Origin: Halodesulfovibrio marinisediminis DSM 17456
GTDB taxonomy: Bacteria > Desulfobacterota > Desulfovibrionia > Desulfovibrionales > Desulfovibrionaceae
NCBI RefSeq assembly: GCF_900129975.1
Contig: NZ_FSRG01000007.1
Coordinates: 11,908-35,907, forward strand
Length of the DNA: 24,000 nt
Direction of reading: 5' to 3'
The notes beneath the pieces are model-generated. The model saw only the letters and a list, made by a program, of their open reading frames with translations. It did no database searches and was not told where the DNA came from. Position 1 is the first letter of the stretch. Each line of letters opens with the position of its first letter. This document shows positions 7,706 to 15,016 of the stretch, in pieces. The position numbers and the translations under genes are program-made.

Positions 7706-7739
7706 TTGTCAACTTTGATAGATGTTGTAAGGTTTACAA
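7706..7739. promoter_or_regulatory. BirA operator (bioO-like inverted repeat)
   Basis: TTGTCAAC-N18-GTTTACAA. The right arm extended to 9 nt is GGTTTACAA, reverse complement TTGTAAACC. The total is 34 bp, the same half-sites and spacing as my recollection of E. coli bioO (TTGTAAACC-N16-GGTTTACAA). It lies in the bioB/birA divergent region, ending 3 nt before the birA Shine-Dalgarno. Confidence 0.75.
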
Positions 7740-7751
7740 TCAGGAGTGGAG

Positions 7752-8738
7752 ATGGCGTTAAAAGGTGATGCAGTTCGCGAAAAGATATTGGAATTACTGC
7801 AAGAAAAAACAGATGGGTATATTTCCGGTGAGGAGGTGAGCCAGCTGTTTTCCATCTCACGTGCTGCTGTGTCCAAGCATGTTGCTGTATTGCGCGGACA
7901 GGGGCACGAGATTGAAGCTGTTACACGCAAGGGGTATCGCCTGTTGCGCAAAGCCGAGTTGCTGACTGAAGAGATAGTGCGACAGGGATTGAATACGAAA
8001 ATTTTTGGCAAGCGCGGTGTGCATTATCTACCGACTGTCGGGTCGACGAATATTGAAGCCATGCAACTTGCGTTCACCGATGCTCCAGAAGGGACACTCG
8101 TTGTTGCGGATGAGCAGACGGGTGGTCGTGGCAGGCAGGGACGTACATGGCATTCTCCGGCAGGTTGCGGACTGTATGTGTCTGTTATCTTACGACCGGA
8201 TATCGCGCCGAATGAAGCGCCGATTATTACATTGTTAACCAACGTTGCGGCGGCAGAAGCCGTACACGAAATTACGGGTATTCTTCCTGTGTGCAAGTGG
8301 CCTAATGATGTTCTCATCAATGGCTGCAAGGTTGCTGGAAACCTCACTGAAATTTTCCTTTCTGGCGATGTTGTCGGACATGTTGTTTCCGGTGTTGGTA
8401 TCAATGTGCGTCCGTTACCCAAAAAATTGGTGCCGGATTTACGTACGGCTCCATGTTCTCTTGAAGAGGCTGCAGAGAAGAGCATCTCCCGTGTGGAATT
8501 ATTACAGGCCTACCTTGTTCGTTATGAGTATTGGTATTTGCTTGTAAAAGAGCAGGGCTTTGCACCGCTCCTTACTCGCTGGAAAGAACTGACAGATGTT
8601 GTTGGTAAAAAGCTTAGCGTTCAGGTTCGTGGAGAAAAGATTCAAGGCACTGTGACCGATGTTTCTACAGATGGCATGTTGCTTTTGCTTGGTGAAGGTG
8701 GAGTGGAGCATCGTCTTTTTTCCGGCGATATTCTGTAA
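7752..8738 (+). CDS. birA: bifunctional biotin-[acetyl-CoA-carboxylase] ligase / bio operon repressor BirA
   Basis: N-terminal winged HTH (ISGEEVSQLFSISRAAVSKHVAVLRGQGHEIEAVTRKGYRL), ligase signature GRGRQGRTWHSP, and KWPNDV. The track starts at GTG 7746. I prefer ATG 7752, with GGAG at 7743-7746. Confidence 0.9.
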   Translation: MALKGDAVREKILELLQEKTDGYISGEEVSQLFSISRAAVSKHVAVLRGQGHEIEAVTRKGYRLLRKAELLTEEIVRQGLNTKIFGKRGVHYLPTVGSTNIEAMQLAFTDAPEGTLVVADEQTGGRGRQGRTWHSPAGCGLYVSVILRPDIAPNEAPIITLLTNVAAAEAVHEITGILPVCKWPNDVLINGCKVAGNLTEIFLSGDVVGHVVSGVGINVRPLPKKLVPDLRTAPCSLEEAAEKSISRVELLQAYLVRYEYWYLLVKEQGFAPLLTRWKELTDVVGKKLSVQVRGEKIQGTVTDVSTDGMLLLLGEGGVEHRLFSGDIL

Positions 8739-9117
8739 GATTTCTGTATCACTTGCTTGTAACGTTCAGCGTCCGTAGACCGTCTGTGTGTGGAATGCGT
8801 TGATAACATGCATCGTTGATGGGCATGACAGAGGGGCTGATCATTTTTTTGTCTTTTCTGAAAGCAGTGGCTGCATAATTTTTCTATTTTGCCTGAAATA
8901 GGTATCGATGTTTTTATCTCAGATTACACTTTGCAAAATATCATACGAAAGATTCGCACGTCCTGATTCAGTGTGACGTGAGGAGTGTTTTCTGAACAGC
9001 ATTTTTGAGGCGAACACCGTTCTACGTATAAAGTAGTATTTGTACTTCTCAGGCTGTACTTTTCCTTCATCCGTATTACTTTCTGCACTCCAACACTTTT
9101 TACGTGGTAATAATTTA

Positions 9118-10509
9118 ATGAGTAACTCAGAACAGATAACTGACCCTACGTCATATAAAGCCATATGGAATCTCGCATGGCCGCAGATTCTTATGATGAT
9201 GTTCCATTTTTTCATCGGCTTTGTTGATGTATGGGTTGCAGGTCAGATAAATCCTAATGTTCAGGCGGCGCTGGGAATGATTTCCCAGACCTCCATGTTC
9301 TTTTTTGTCATAGCTATTGCGATTGGCAATGGCTGTGTTGCTGCCATTAGTCAGTCTCTTGGTGCTGGATTGCATGACAGGGCTGCGCGGTATGTGGGAT
9401 TAGTTGTGATTCTGGGACTCTTCTGTGGTCTTTGTATTTCCGGTTTGGGCTGGGTGTTCCGCCATGTCTTTTTGGGAATATTGCAGACACCGGAAGAAAT
9501 TTATCCCATCGCAATGTATTTCCTGAAGATTTATTTAGTGCTGCTGCCGGTATACTATGTGTTTATTATTACGAACGCAGTGTTCCGCGCAAAAATGATG
9601 GTTTTTGTCCCTATGCGCTCCATTGCTATTGTTGCGATAGTTAATGCCATTGCGGACTTAGGGTTCGGGCTTGGTTGGTTTGGCTTCCCTGAATTTGGTT
9701 ACAAAGGGGTTGCATGGGCGACACTGCTCTCTGTTGCCGGTGGCACTATTTATAACTTTAGTGTGCTGGTTGGGAGTGAGATTTTGGTTAAGCGTTCCTT
9801 TGCTCCTTTACGCTGGGTGCGCTGTGCTCTGCCATACCTTGTTAAAGTTGCGGCGCCTGCCGGAGGAACTCAGGCACTGTGGCATACAGGATACATTGTT
9901 CTTTTTGCCATTGTCGCATCTTTGCCGTTTAACGCAGTTGAAGCCCTTGCCGGACTTGCTGCGGGCATGCGTATTGAGTCTCTTTTGTTCCTGCCTGCCT
10001 TTGCCTTCAACATGACGGCAAGTATCTTGATCGGGCATTTTCTCGGTGCAGGGAACAAAGTGGAAGCCAAGCGTGTCGGGTTGCGTATCTTGGGAGTTGC
10101 ATGCGGGATTATGTCTCTCATTGCCATCGGGTTCTGGCCATTTATTCAGCCTATGGCAAAATTTCTTGCACCAGAGCCTGGTGTAACTGTTCAGGCTGCC
10201 GTTTACTTGAAGTATAATATCATTTCTATCCCGTTCACCGTAGCCAGTATGACTCTTGGTGGCATTATGACTGGTGCCGGTGCGACAATATATAACTTTT
10301 GGGTGTACAGCAGCGCATCATGGCTGGTTAGACTTCCTGTGGCCTATGTCCTCGGGCATCTGGTTTTTAAAGATGCGGAAGGTGTTTATATTGCCATGCT
10401 TATTTCACAGGCATTTCAGTCTACTACAATGTTTTATATCTTCATGCGACGCGACTGGTATCGTTTCAGCATGGTTAAACGTAAAAATTCGACCGCTCCG
10501 GCTGTGTAG
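9118..10509 (+). CDS. MATE family efflux transporter (MOP flippase superfamily)
   Basis: Polytopic membrane protein. The N-terminal motif IWNLAWPQILMMMFHFFIGFVDVWVAGQ is typical of NorM/DinF-type MATE proteins. The track ORF starts at 9040; I prefer ATG 9118 (463 aa, normal MATE length). Confidence 0.85.
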   Translation: MSNSEQITDPTSYKAIWNLAWPQILMMMFHFFIGFVDVWVAGQINPNVQAALGMISQTSMFFFVIAIAIGNGCVAAISQSLGAGLHDRAARYVGLVVILGLFCGLCISGLGWVFRHVFLGILQTPEEIYPIAMYFLKIYLVLLPVYYVFIITNAVFRAKMMVFVPMRSIAIVAIVNAIADLGFGLGWFGFPEFGYKGVAWATLLSVAGGTIYNFSVLVGSEILVKRSFAPLRWVRCALPYLVKVAAPAGGTQALWHTGYIVLFAIVASLPFNAVEALAGLAAGMRIESLLFLPAFAFNMTASILIGHFLGAGNKVEAKRVGLRILGVACGIMSLIAIGFWPFIQPMAKFLAPEPGVTVQAAVYLKYNIISIPFTVASMTLGGIMTGAGATIYNFWVYSSASWLVRLPVAYVLGHLVFKDAEGVYIAMLISQAFQSTTMFYIFMRRDWYRFSMVKRKNSTAPAV

Positions 10510-10518
10510 GAGTCTTTA

Positions 10519-11424
10519 ATGAAAGAACTTGTTTTTGAACCGATTACTTTTGATCGTAAAGATGAATACATGGAGCGTTTGGCTCAAAGCAATACCAAGT
10601 CATCTGACTTTAGCTTCACAAACATATGGGGCTGGGCAGATGAATATAGCCTTGAATGGGCATGGACAGAGAACTTGGTCTGGATCCGTCAGTCTACCAC
10701 TGCAGATTCTGATATCCCTGTAGTTCGTTACTGGGCGCCGATTGGTAACTGGAACAACGTGGATTGGACAGGGTGTCCATACATGAAGCAGGCTCGTACC
10801 TTTCATCGTGTCCCGGAACGTCTTCTTGAAATCTGGAAAGAAAAGCTTGGTGACCGTGTTACTGCGCATGAAGATCGTGGTCAGTGGGATTATATTTACA
10901 GTGTGGAGGAGCTTGCAGAACTTCGCGGGAAGAAGTTTCATAAAAAGAAGAACCTCGTGAACCAGTTCAAGAAAAACTACACCTACACTTATGAGCCAAT
11001 GACTGCTGACTGCGTGGAAGGGGTGCTTGAAATGCAGGAAGAGTGGTGCTTGTGGCGTGAGTGTGAAGAATCTCACTCCTTGCTTGCAGAAAACGATGCA
11101 ATTCGCCGTGTACTTGAGCAGTGGGATGTGATTCCTTCTCTTATTGGTGGCTCCATTCAGGTGGATGGCAAAGTTATTGCTTACACCGTTGCGGAGGCGA
11201 TTAATGACGAGACCGTTGTAATCCATTTTGAAAAGGGCAAAACGGATTACAAAGGCGTGTATCAGGCCATTAATAACTTCTTCCTGAATGACGAAGGCTC
11301 CCGTTTTACCTATGTAAATCGTGAGCAGGATTTGGATGACGAAGGGTTGCGTAAAGCTAAACAGAGCTATAACCCGATCGATTTCGTTAAGAAGTTCGTA
11401 GTGGAATTGGCAGAAGAAAAGTAG
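10519..11424 (+). CDS. DUF2156 / MprF C-terminal (aminoacyl-lipid synthase)-like domain protein
   Basis: 301-aa acidic soluble protein. The N-terminal pattern FEPITFDRKDEYMERL..SSDFSFTNIWGW matches my recollection of stand-alone DUF2156 proteins. This is a family assignment from memory, not a search. The RBS TAGGAG overlaps the MATE stop. Confidence 0.6.
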   Translation: MKELVFEPITFDRKDEYMERLAQSNTKSSDFSFTNIWGWADEYSLEWAWTENLVWIRQSTTADSDIPVVRYWAPIGNWNNVDWTGCPYMKQARTFHRVPERLLEIWKEKLGDRVTAHEDRGQWDYIYSVEELAELRGKKFHKKKNLVNQFKKNYTYTYEPMTADCVEGVLEMQEEWCLWRECEESHSLLAENDAIRRVLEQWDVIPSLIGGSIQVDGKVIAYTVAEAINDETVVIHFEKGKTDYKGVYQAINNFFLNDEGSRFTYVNREQDLDDEGLRKAKQSYNPIDFVKKFVVELAEEK

Positions 11425-11426
11425 AA

Positions 11427-11477
11427 ACTGCATGCGAATTGAGCGTTCGCAGCCATGTTTAGTGCAGTCTTTTTTTC
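11427..11477 (+). terminator. possible compound intrinsic terminator after the MATE-DUF2156 pair
   Basis: ACTGCA (11427-11432) pairs with TGCAGT (11463-11468). This stem encloses an inner GCGAA/TTCGC hairpin and is followed by a T7 run (11470-11476). The outer stem is short, so the call is weak. Confidence 0.35.
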
Positions 11478-11644
11478 TATCTACTAAAGATTGTAAGAAA
11501 AACGTCAGATTCGGCTATGTGTGCGGGTTTGACGTTTTTCTCGTAACAGCGCAAAGTGCGGCTTGCCTTTGTCTTCGTTTGACACCGTTTTTTAACGGGG
11601 ATAGAAGTGCGGCACATCATATACAGACCTGTGAGGAATAAGAC

Positions 11645-11878
11645 ATGACTCTGAGAGAAAAAGTAGAAGCAGCGTTGGATAAAGTTCGTCCTTACCTTCA
11701 GAATGATGGTGGTGATGTTGAGCTGGTAGATATTACTGAGCGTGGTATTGTGACTGTTCGCCTTACTGGTGCTTGCAAAGGCTGCCCGATGTCCCAGATG
11801 ACCCTGCGTAATACTGTAGAGCGTTTTGTTCTGAAAGCAGTGCCTGAAGTTAAGGCTGTTGAGGCCGCTGAAGATTAA
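11645..11878 (+). CDS. NifU C-terminal domain (Nfu-type) Fe-S cluster assembly/carrier protein
   Basis: 77 aa. VRPYLQNDGGDVELVDI..VTVRLTGACKGCPMSQMTLRNTVE carries the CxxC Nfu signature. The RBS GAGGA lies upstream. Confidence 0.85.
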   Translation: MTLREKVEAALDKVRPYLQNDGGDVELVDITERGIVTVRLTGACKGCPMSQMTLRNTVERFVLKAVPEVKAVEAAED

Positions 11879-12071
11879 CAGATTGCGACAACCCGCACAT
11901 TACGGCGCATCCGAAGGGATATAGTTTCCGTAAGCCCGAGCTGTTGAAGGCTAAGGGTGCTACTGTACAGACTTGTTTCAATCTGTACGGTATGTTGGCA
12001 GTATCTGTTTTATGCTTTGATTGAATACCTATAATGCATTAGGTTTTTTATATTTTTTAGGAGATAGTTAC

Positions 12072-13463
12072 ATGGCTAAAGTAGTCACACGTTTTGCTCC
12101 GTCCCCGACCGGACACTTACACATTGGTGGTGCTCGTACCGCTATTTTCAGTTGGTTGCTTGCTCGTCATCATGGCGGTGAATTTGTTCTGCGTATTGAA
12201 GATACTGACAGAGAACGTTCTGAGCAGCAGTACACTGATGCAATTCTTGCTTCTATGGAATGGCTTGGCCTTAGCTGGGATGCAGAACCTGTATACCAGA
12301 GCCAGCGCGACGACCTGTACAACAAGTACATTGATCAGCTGCTTGCAGAAGGCAAGGCATACTACTGTGATTGTAGTGCTGAAGAAGTAGAAGCAATGCG
12401 TGAAGAAGCACGTGCTAATGGTAAGAAGCCTAAGTACAACGGCAAATGCCGTGAGCTTGGTCTCGAAAAAGCAGAAGGCCGTGTAGTGCGTTTTAAAGCT
12501 CCTCTTTCTGGTCGTACCGTATGGAAAGACCTCGTTAAAGGCAGCATTGCGTTTGACAACGAAGAGCTTGATGACATGATTATCCGCCGTAGCGATGGGT
12601 CTCCTACTTACAACCTTGCAGTTGTGGTGGATGACCATTCTCAGGGTATTTCCCACGTGCTTCGTGGTGATGACCATGTAAACAACACTCCTAAGCAGAT
12701 TATGATTTATGAAGCTCTTGGCTGGGAAGTTCCTGAGTTTGGTCATGTACCAATGATCCTCGGTTCTGACCGCAAGAAGCTTTCTAAACGTCATGGCGCA
12801 AAATCCGTAATGGAATACGAAAAAATGGGTCTGCTCCCACAGGCTCTGGTAAACTACCTCGTGCGCCTTGGCTGGTCTTACGGTGATCAAGAGATCTTTA
12901 CTCTGGACGAACTGATCGAGAAATTCTCCACTGAGAACCTGTCCTCTTCTGCTGCTGGTTTTGATCCAGACAAACTTCTCTGGCTTAACGCTCAGTACAT
13001 GAAAGATTCTTCAGATGCTGATCTTGCAGCGCTTGTTGCACCGTTTGTAAAAGAAGCTGGCTTTGAAATGTCTGCTGAAGACTTGACCGTTATGGTTCCT
13101 CTCTTCAAAGATCGTGCGAAAGACCTTATTGGTCTTGTTGATGCAATGCGTTTTATGCTTCTTGCTGATTCTGAATATGAGTTTGACGAAAAGGCAGTGA
13201 CAAAAGCACTGACTGAAGAAGGCAAACAGCATCTTGCAAATATGCGTGAGCAGTTTGCAGCACTCGAAGCGTTTACTAAAGACACTACTCACGAAGTTAT
13301 GGGTAACTACGTGTCTGATAATGGCCTTAAGTTTAAAGCTGTAGGCCCTCCATTACGTGTGGCACTTGTGGGTGCTATGGGTGGTCCTAACCTCCCTGAC
13401 GTTATGGAGATTATCGGCAAAGAGCGTACCCTTGCTCGAATTGATCGAGCTCTTGAGCAGTAG
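12072..13463 (+). CDS. gltX: glutamyl-tRNA synthetase
   Basis: RFAPSPTGHLHIGGART (HIGH motif) and KLSKRHG (KMSKS motif). The track ORF starts at TTG 12021; I prefer ATG 12072, with AGGAG at 12059-12063 (463 aa). Confidence 0.93.
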   Translation: MAKVVTRFAPSPTGHLHIGGARTAIFSWLLARHHGGEFVLRIEDTDRERSEQQYTDAILASMEWLGLSWDAEPVYQSQRDDLYNKYIDQLLAEGKAYYCDCSAEEVEAMREEARANGKKPKYNGKCRELGLEKAEGRVVRFKAPLSGRTVWKDLVKGSIAFDNEELDDMIIRRSDGSPTYNLAVVVDDHSQGISHVLRGDDHVNNTPKQIMIYEALGWEVPEFGHVPMILGSDRKKLSKRHGAKSVMEYEKMGLLPQALVNYLVRLGWSYGDQEIFTLDELIEKFSTENLSSSAAGFDPDKLLWLNAQYMKDSSDADLAALVAPFVKEAGFEMSAEDLTVMVPLFKDRAKDLIGLVDAMRFMLLADSEYEFDEKAVTKALTEEGKQHLANMREQFAALEAFTKDTTHEVMGNYVSDNGLKFKAVGPPLRVALVGAMGGPNLPDVMEIIGKERTLARIDRALEQ

Positions 13464-13488
13464 GGTTTGTAAATCTTGCTAGTAAAAA

Positions 13489-13516
13489 GCCGCTACAGAT
13501 GTAGCGGCTTTTTTTA
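13489..13516 (+). terminator. rho-independent terminator of gltX
   Basis: GCCGCTAC (13489-13496), loop AGAT, GTAGCGGC (13501-13508), then a T7 run. It begins 26 nt after the gltX stop. Confidence 0.85.
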
Positions 13517-13731
13517 TGTTCAGCAGCTCAAGTCTGTGTTGAATAGAATTACGAGGAGGAGCACGCAGATATTGAAGCGATATTTTTTTTAAAGCTGACA
13601 GCGTCGTTTCAGTTGTTAATAAAAAGTGAGGGACTTTGGAGCAGGGTCGCAAATACATTTTTCAGCTAGCAAAGGTGAATAGAGAAAATATGCTTCTGCG
13701 ATGGGAAGTCATAAAAGCTTTGCATACACCG

Positions 13732-13836
13732 TATTCAATCGTGATTAAGGGGTATTCAAAAATGAATAGGAGATAAGGTTCTGTTAAAATAGTCGTTTTT
13801 CATTTTGTGTGGCTAAATCTATTCAAAACTGAATAG
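13732..13836. promoter_or_regulatory. three inverted repeats TATTCA-N4-TGAATA (candidate enhancer/UAS sites for the adjacent sigma-54 activator)
   Basis: 13732-13747 TATTCAatcgTGATTA, 13753-13768 TATTCAaaaaTGAATA, 13819-13836 CTATTCAaaacTGAATAG. The centres lie roughly 86, 153 and 174 bp upstream of the predicted start site. The first two are 21 bp apart. Confidence 0.45.
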
Positions 13837-13888
13837 TGATTAAAACTTTCTTACCGATATAATCAATAAAATTTAACTGGTTATGTTT

Positions 13889-13904
13889 TGGCATAAGGCT
13901 TGCC
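13889..13904 (+). promoter_or_regulatory. sigma-54 (-24/-12) promoter
   Basis: TGGCATAAGGCTTGCC matches TGGCAC-N5-TTGCW. GG and GC sit at exactly the consensus spacing. It is 153 nt upstream of the ureohydrolase ATG, and a sigma-54 activator gene is adjacent to the operon. Confidence 0.65.
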
Positions 13905-14056
13905 TTAATAGGGGCATACCCCTGCCCTAGTCTGGCAATGTCCCTAGATAAATTTATGCCATGCTCTTCATGGTGGATTTATTTTTATATTGAGAGTTAT
14001 GCCCGTTTGTTTTGCTGAGACTGTCCCATGGGCAGGGCAATCTCAGGAGGAAAGTT

Positions 14057-15013
14057 ATGAGTAAACCAGTTAATTCTTTAGAATCACCACGTTTTTGCGG
14101 AGTACGCACCTTTATGCGTTTGCCTAACGCAGCTACAGCAGCGGGGGTAGACTTCGCAATTGTTGGGGTTCCGTTTGATACCGCGACATCATACAAGCCT
14201 GGTTGTCGTTTTGGTCCGGAATCAATTCGTGCAGCTTCTACTATCTTAAAAAACTATAATGAAGTTTTGGACGTAGATATTTTTGAAGAGTGTACAGGTA
14301 TGGACTGTGGCGATATTGATATTGTTCCTGGATACTTGGAAGAGAGCTTTGCAAAAATTGAAGAAGGTGTAGCAGCTGTGTTACAGGAAGGCGCTGTTCC
14401 TGTAATTATGGGCGGCGACCACTCTATAACCTTACCGGAGCTGCGTGCTGTCGCTAAAAAGCACGGGCCGGTTGCGCTGATTCATTTTGATGCTCATTCC
14501 GATACAGGAAATGACTATTTTGGTAAGCCTTACAACCATGGAACAACCTTCCACTGGGCTATCAAAGAAGGTTTAATTAAGCCTGAAGAATCTTGTCAGG
14601 TAGGCATTCGCGGTCCTCTGTACAGCCGCGATGCACTGAATTTTGCCCGCGAAAGCGGAATGGATGTGATTACCGGATGGGAATTGCATCACATTGGCAT
14701 CGAAGCTGCTGTTAAACGTATTCGCGAACGTATTACTCCGGGTACTCCAGTATTTGTGACTTTTGATATTGATTTCCTTGATGCTGCATATTCACCGGGC
14801 ACCGGAACACCGGAGATCGGTGGATTTACCACACATGAAGCACTGAAACTGGTGCTTGAATCCTGTCAGAACCAGAACCTTGTTGGCATGGACCTTGTTG
14901 AAGTGCTTCCAGAATCTGATGTTGCTGACATTACATCATTTGCTGCTGCTGGAATCATGCATGCATTTTTGTCATGCCTTGCCTATAACAAAAGACAAGC
15001 TGGGACGGAGTAA
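14057..15013 (+). CDS. ureohydrolase of the agmatinase / guanidinobutyrase / guanidinopropionase family
   Basis: SPRFCGVRTFMRLP N-terminus and Mn-binding motifs GGDHSIT, DAHSD and TFDIDFLDAAYSPGTGTPEIGG. I prefer ATG 14057, with AGGAGG upstream; the track start at 14012 is a non-ATG extension. Confidence 0.88.
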   Translation: MSKPVNSLESPRFCGVRTFMRLPNAATAAGVDFAIVGVPFDTATSYKPGCRFGPESIRAASTILKNYNEVLDVDIFEECTGMDCGDIDIVPGYLEESFAKIEEGVAAVLQEGAVPVIMGGDHSITLPELRAVAKKHGPVALIHFDAHSDTGNDYFGKPYNHGTTFHWAIKEGLIKPEESCQVGIRGPLYSRDALNFARESGMDVITGWELHHIGIEAAVKRIRERITPGTPVFVTFDIDFLDAAYSPGTGTPEIGGFTTHEALKLVLESCQNQNLVGMDLVEVLPESDVADITSFAAAGIMHAFLSCLAYNKRQAGTE

Positions 15014-15016
15014 TAT

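Noticed and set aside
9040-9117. Upstream-extended starts in the ORF track (9040 for MATE, TTG 12021 for gltX, 14012 for the ureohydrolase, TTG 18780 for Crp/Fnr, GTG 7746 for birA, 4632 for the SDR)
   Set aside because: In each case an internal ATG is preceded by a clear Shine-Dalgarno and gives the N-terminus expected for the family. The extensions encode unconserved-looking sequence.
8739-9117. Long 380-nt region upstream of the MATE gene as a possible riboswitch (e.g. guanidine-IV/mepA-type) and the 140-nt leader of the ureohydrolase operon as a guanidine riboswitch
   Set aside because: I could not identify the conserved hairpin-loop signatures, such as ACGR loops or kissing-loop pairs. 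An Infernal/Rfam scan would be needed, and by eye there is no support.
8919-9215. 98-aa minus-strand ORF between birA and the MATE gene
   Set aside because: It overlaps the MATE start by about 100 nt on the opposite strand. It has no RBS and its sequence is basic and low-complexity.
10600-11433. 277-aa minus-strand ORF covering the DUF2156 gene
   Set aside because: It is the antisense shadow of a plus-strand gene that has a good Shine-Dalgarno and a recognisable N-terminal family pattern. The minus translation is Phe/Leu/Ile-rich low-complexity sequence, with no RBS and no motifs.
11432-11641. 69-aa plus-strand ORF between the DUF2156 gene and the Nfu gene
   Set aside because: It reads through hairpin and terminator-like structures, for example AAAAACGTCA...TGACGTTTTT. 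It has no RBS and is probably non-coding intergenic sequence.
12030-12035. Perfect TATAAT hexamer 37 nt upstream of the gltX ATG
   Set aside because: There is no acceptable -35 hexamer at 16-18 nt spacing. It may be a real -10, but I cannot support a promoter call from this alone.
12117-12890. 257-aa minus-strand ORF (and others at 12362-12577, 12992-13292) inside gltX
   Set aside because: These are antisense to an unambiguous glutamyl-tRNA synthetase with HIGH and KMSKS motifs. Their composition is atypical and they have no start context.
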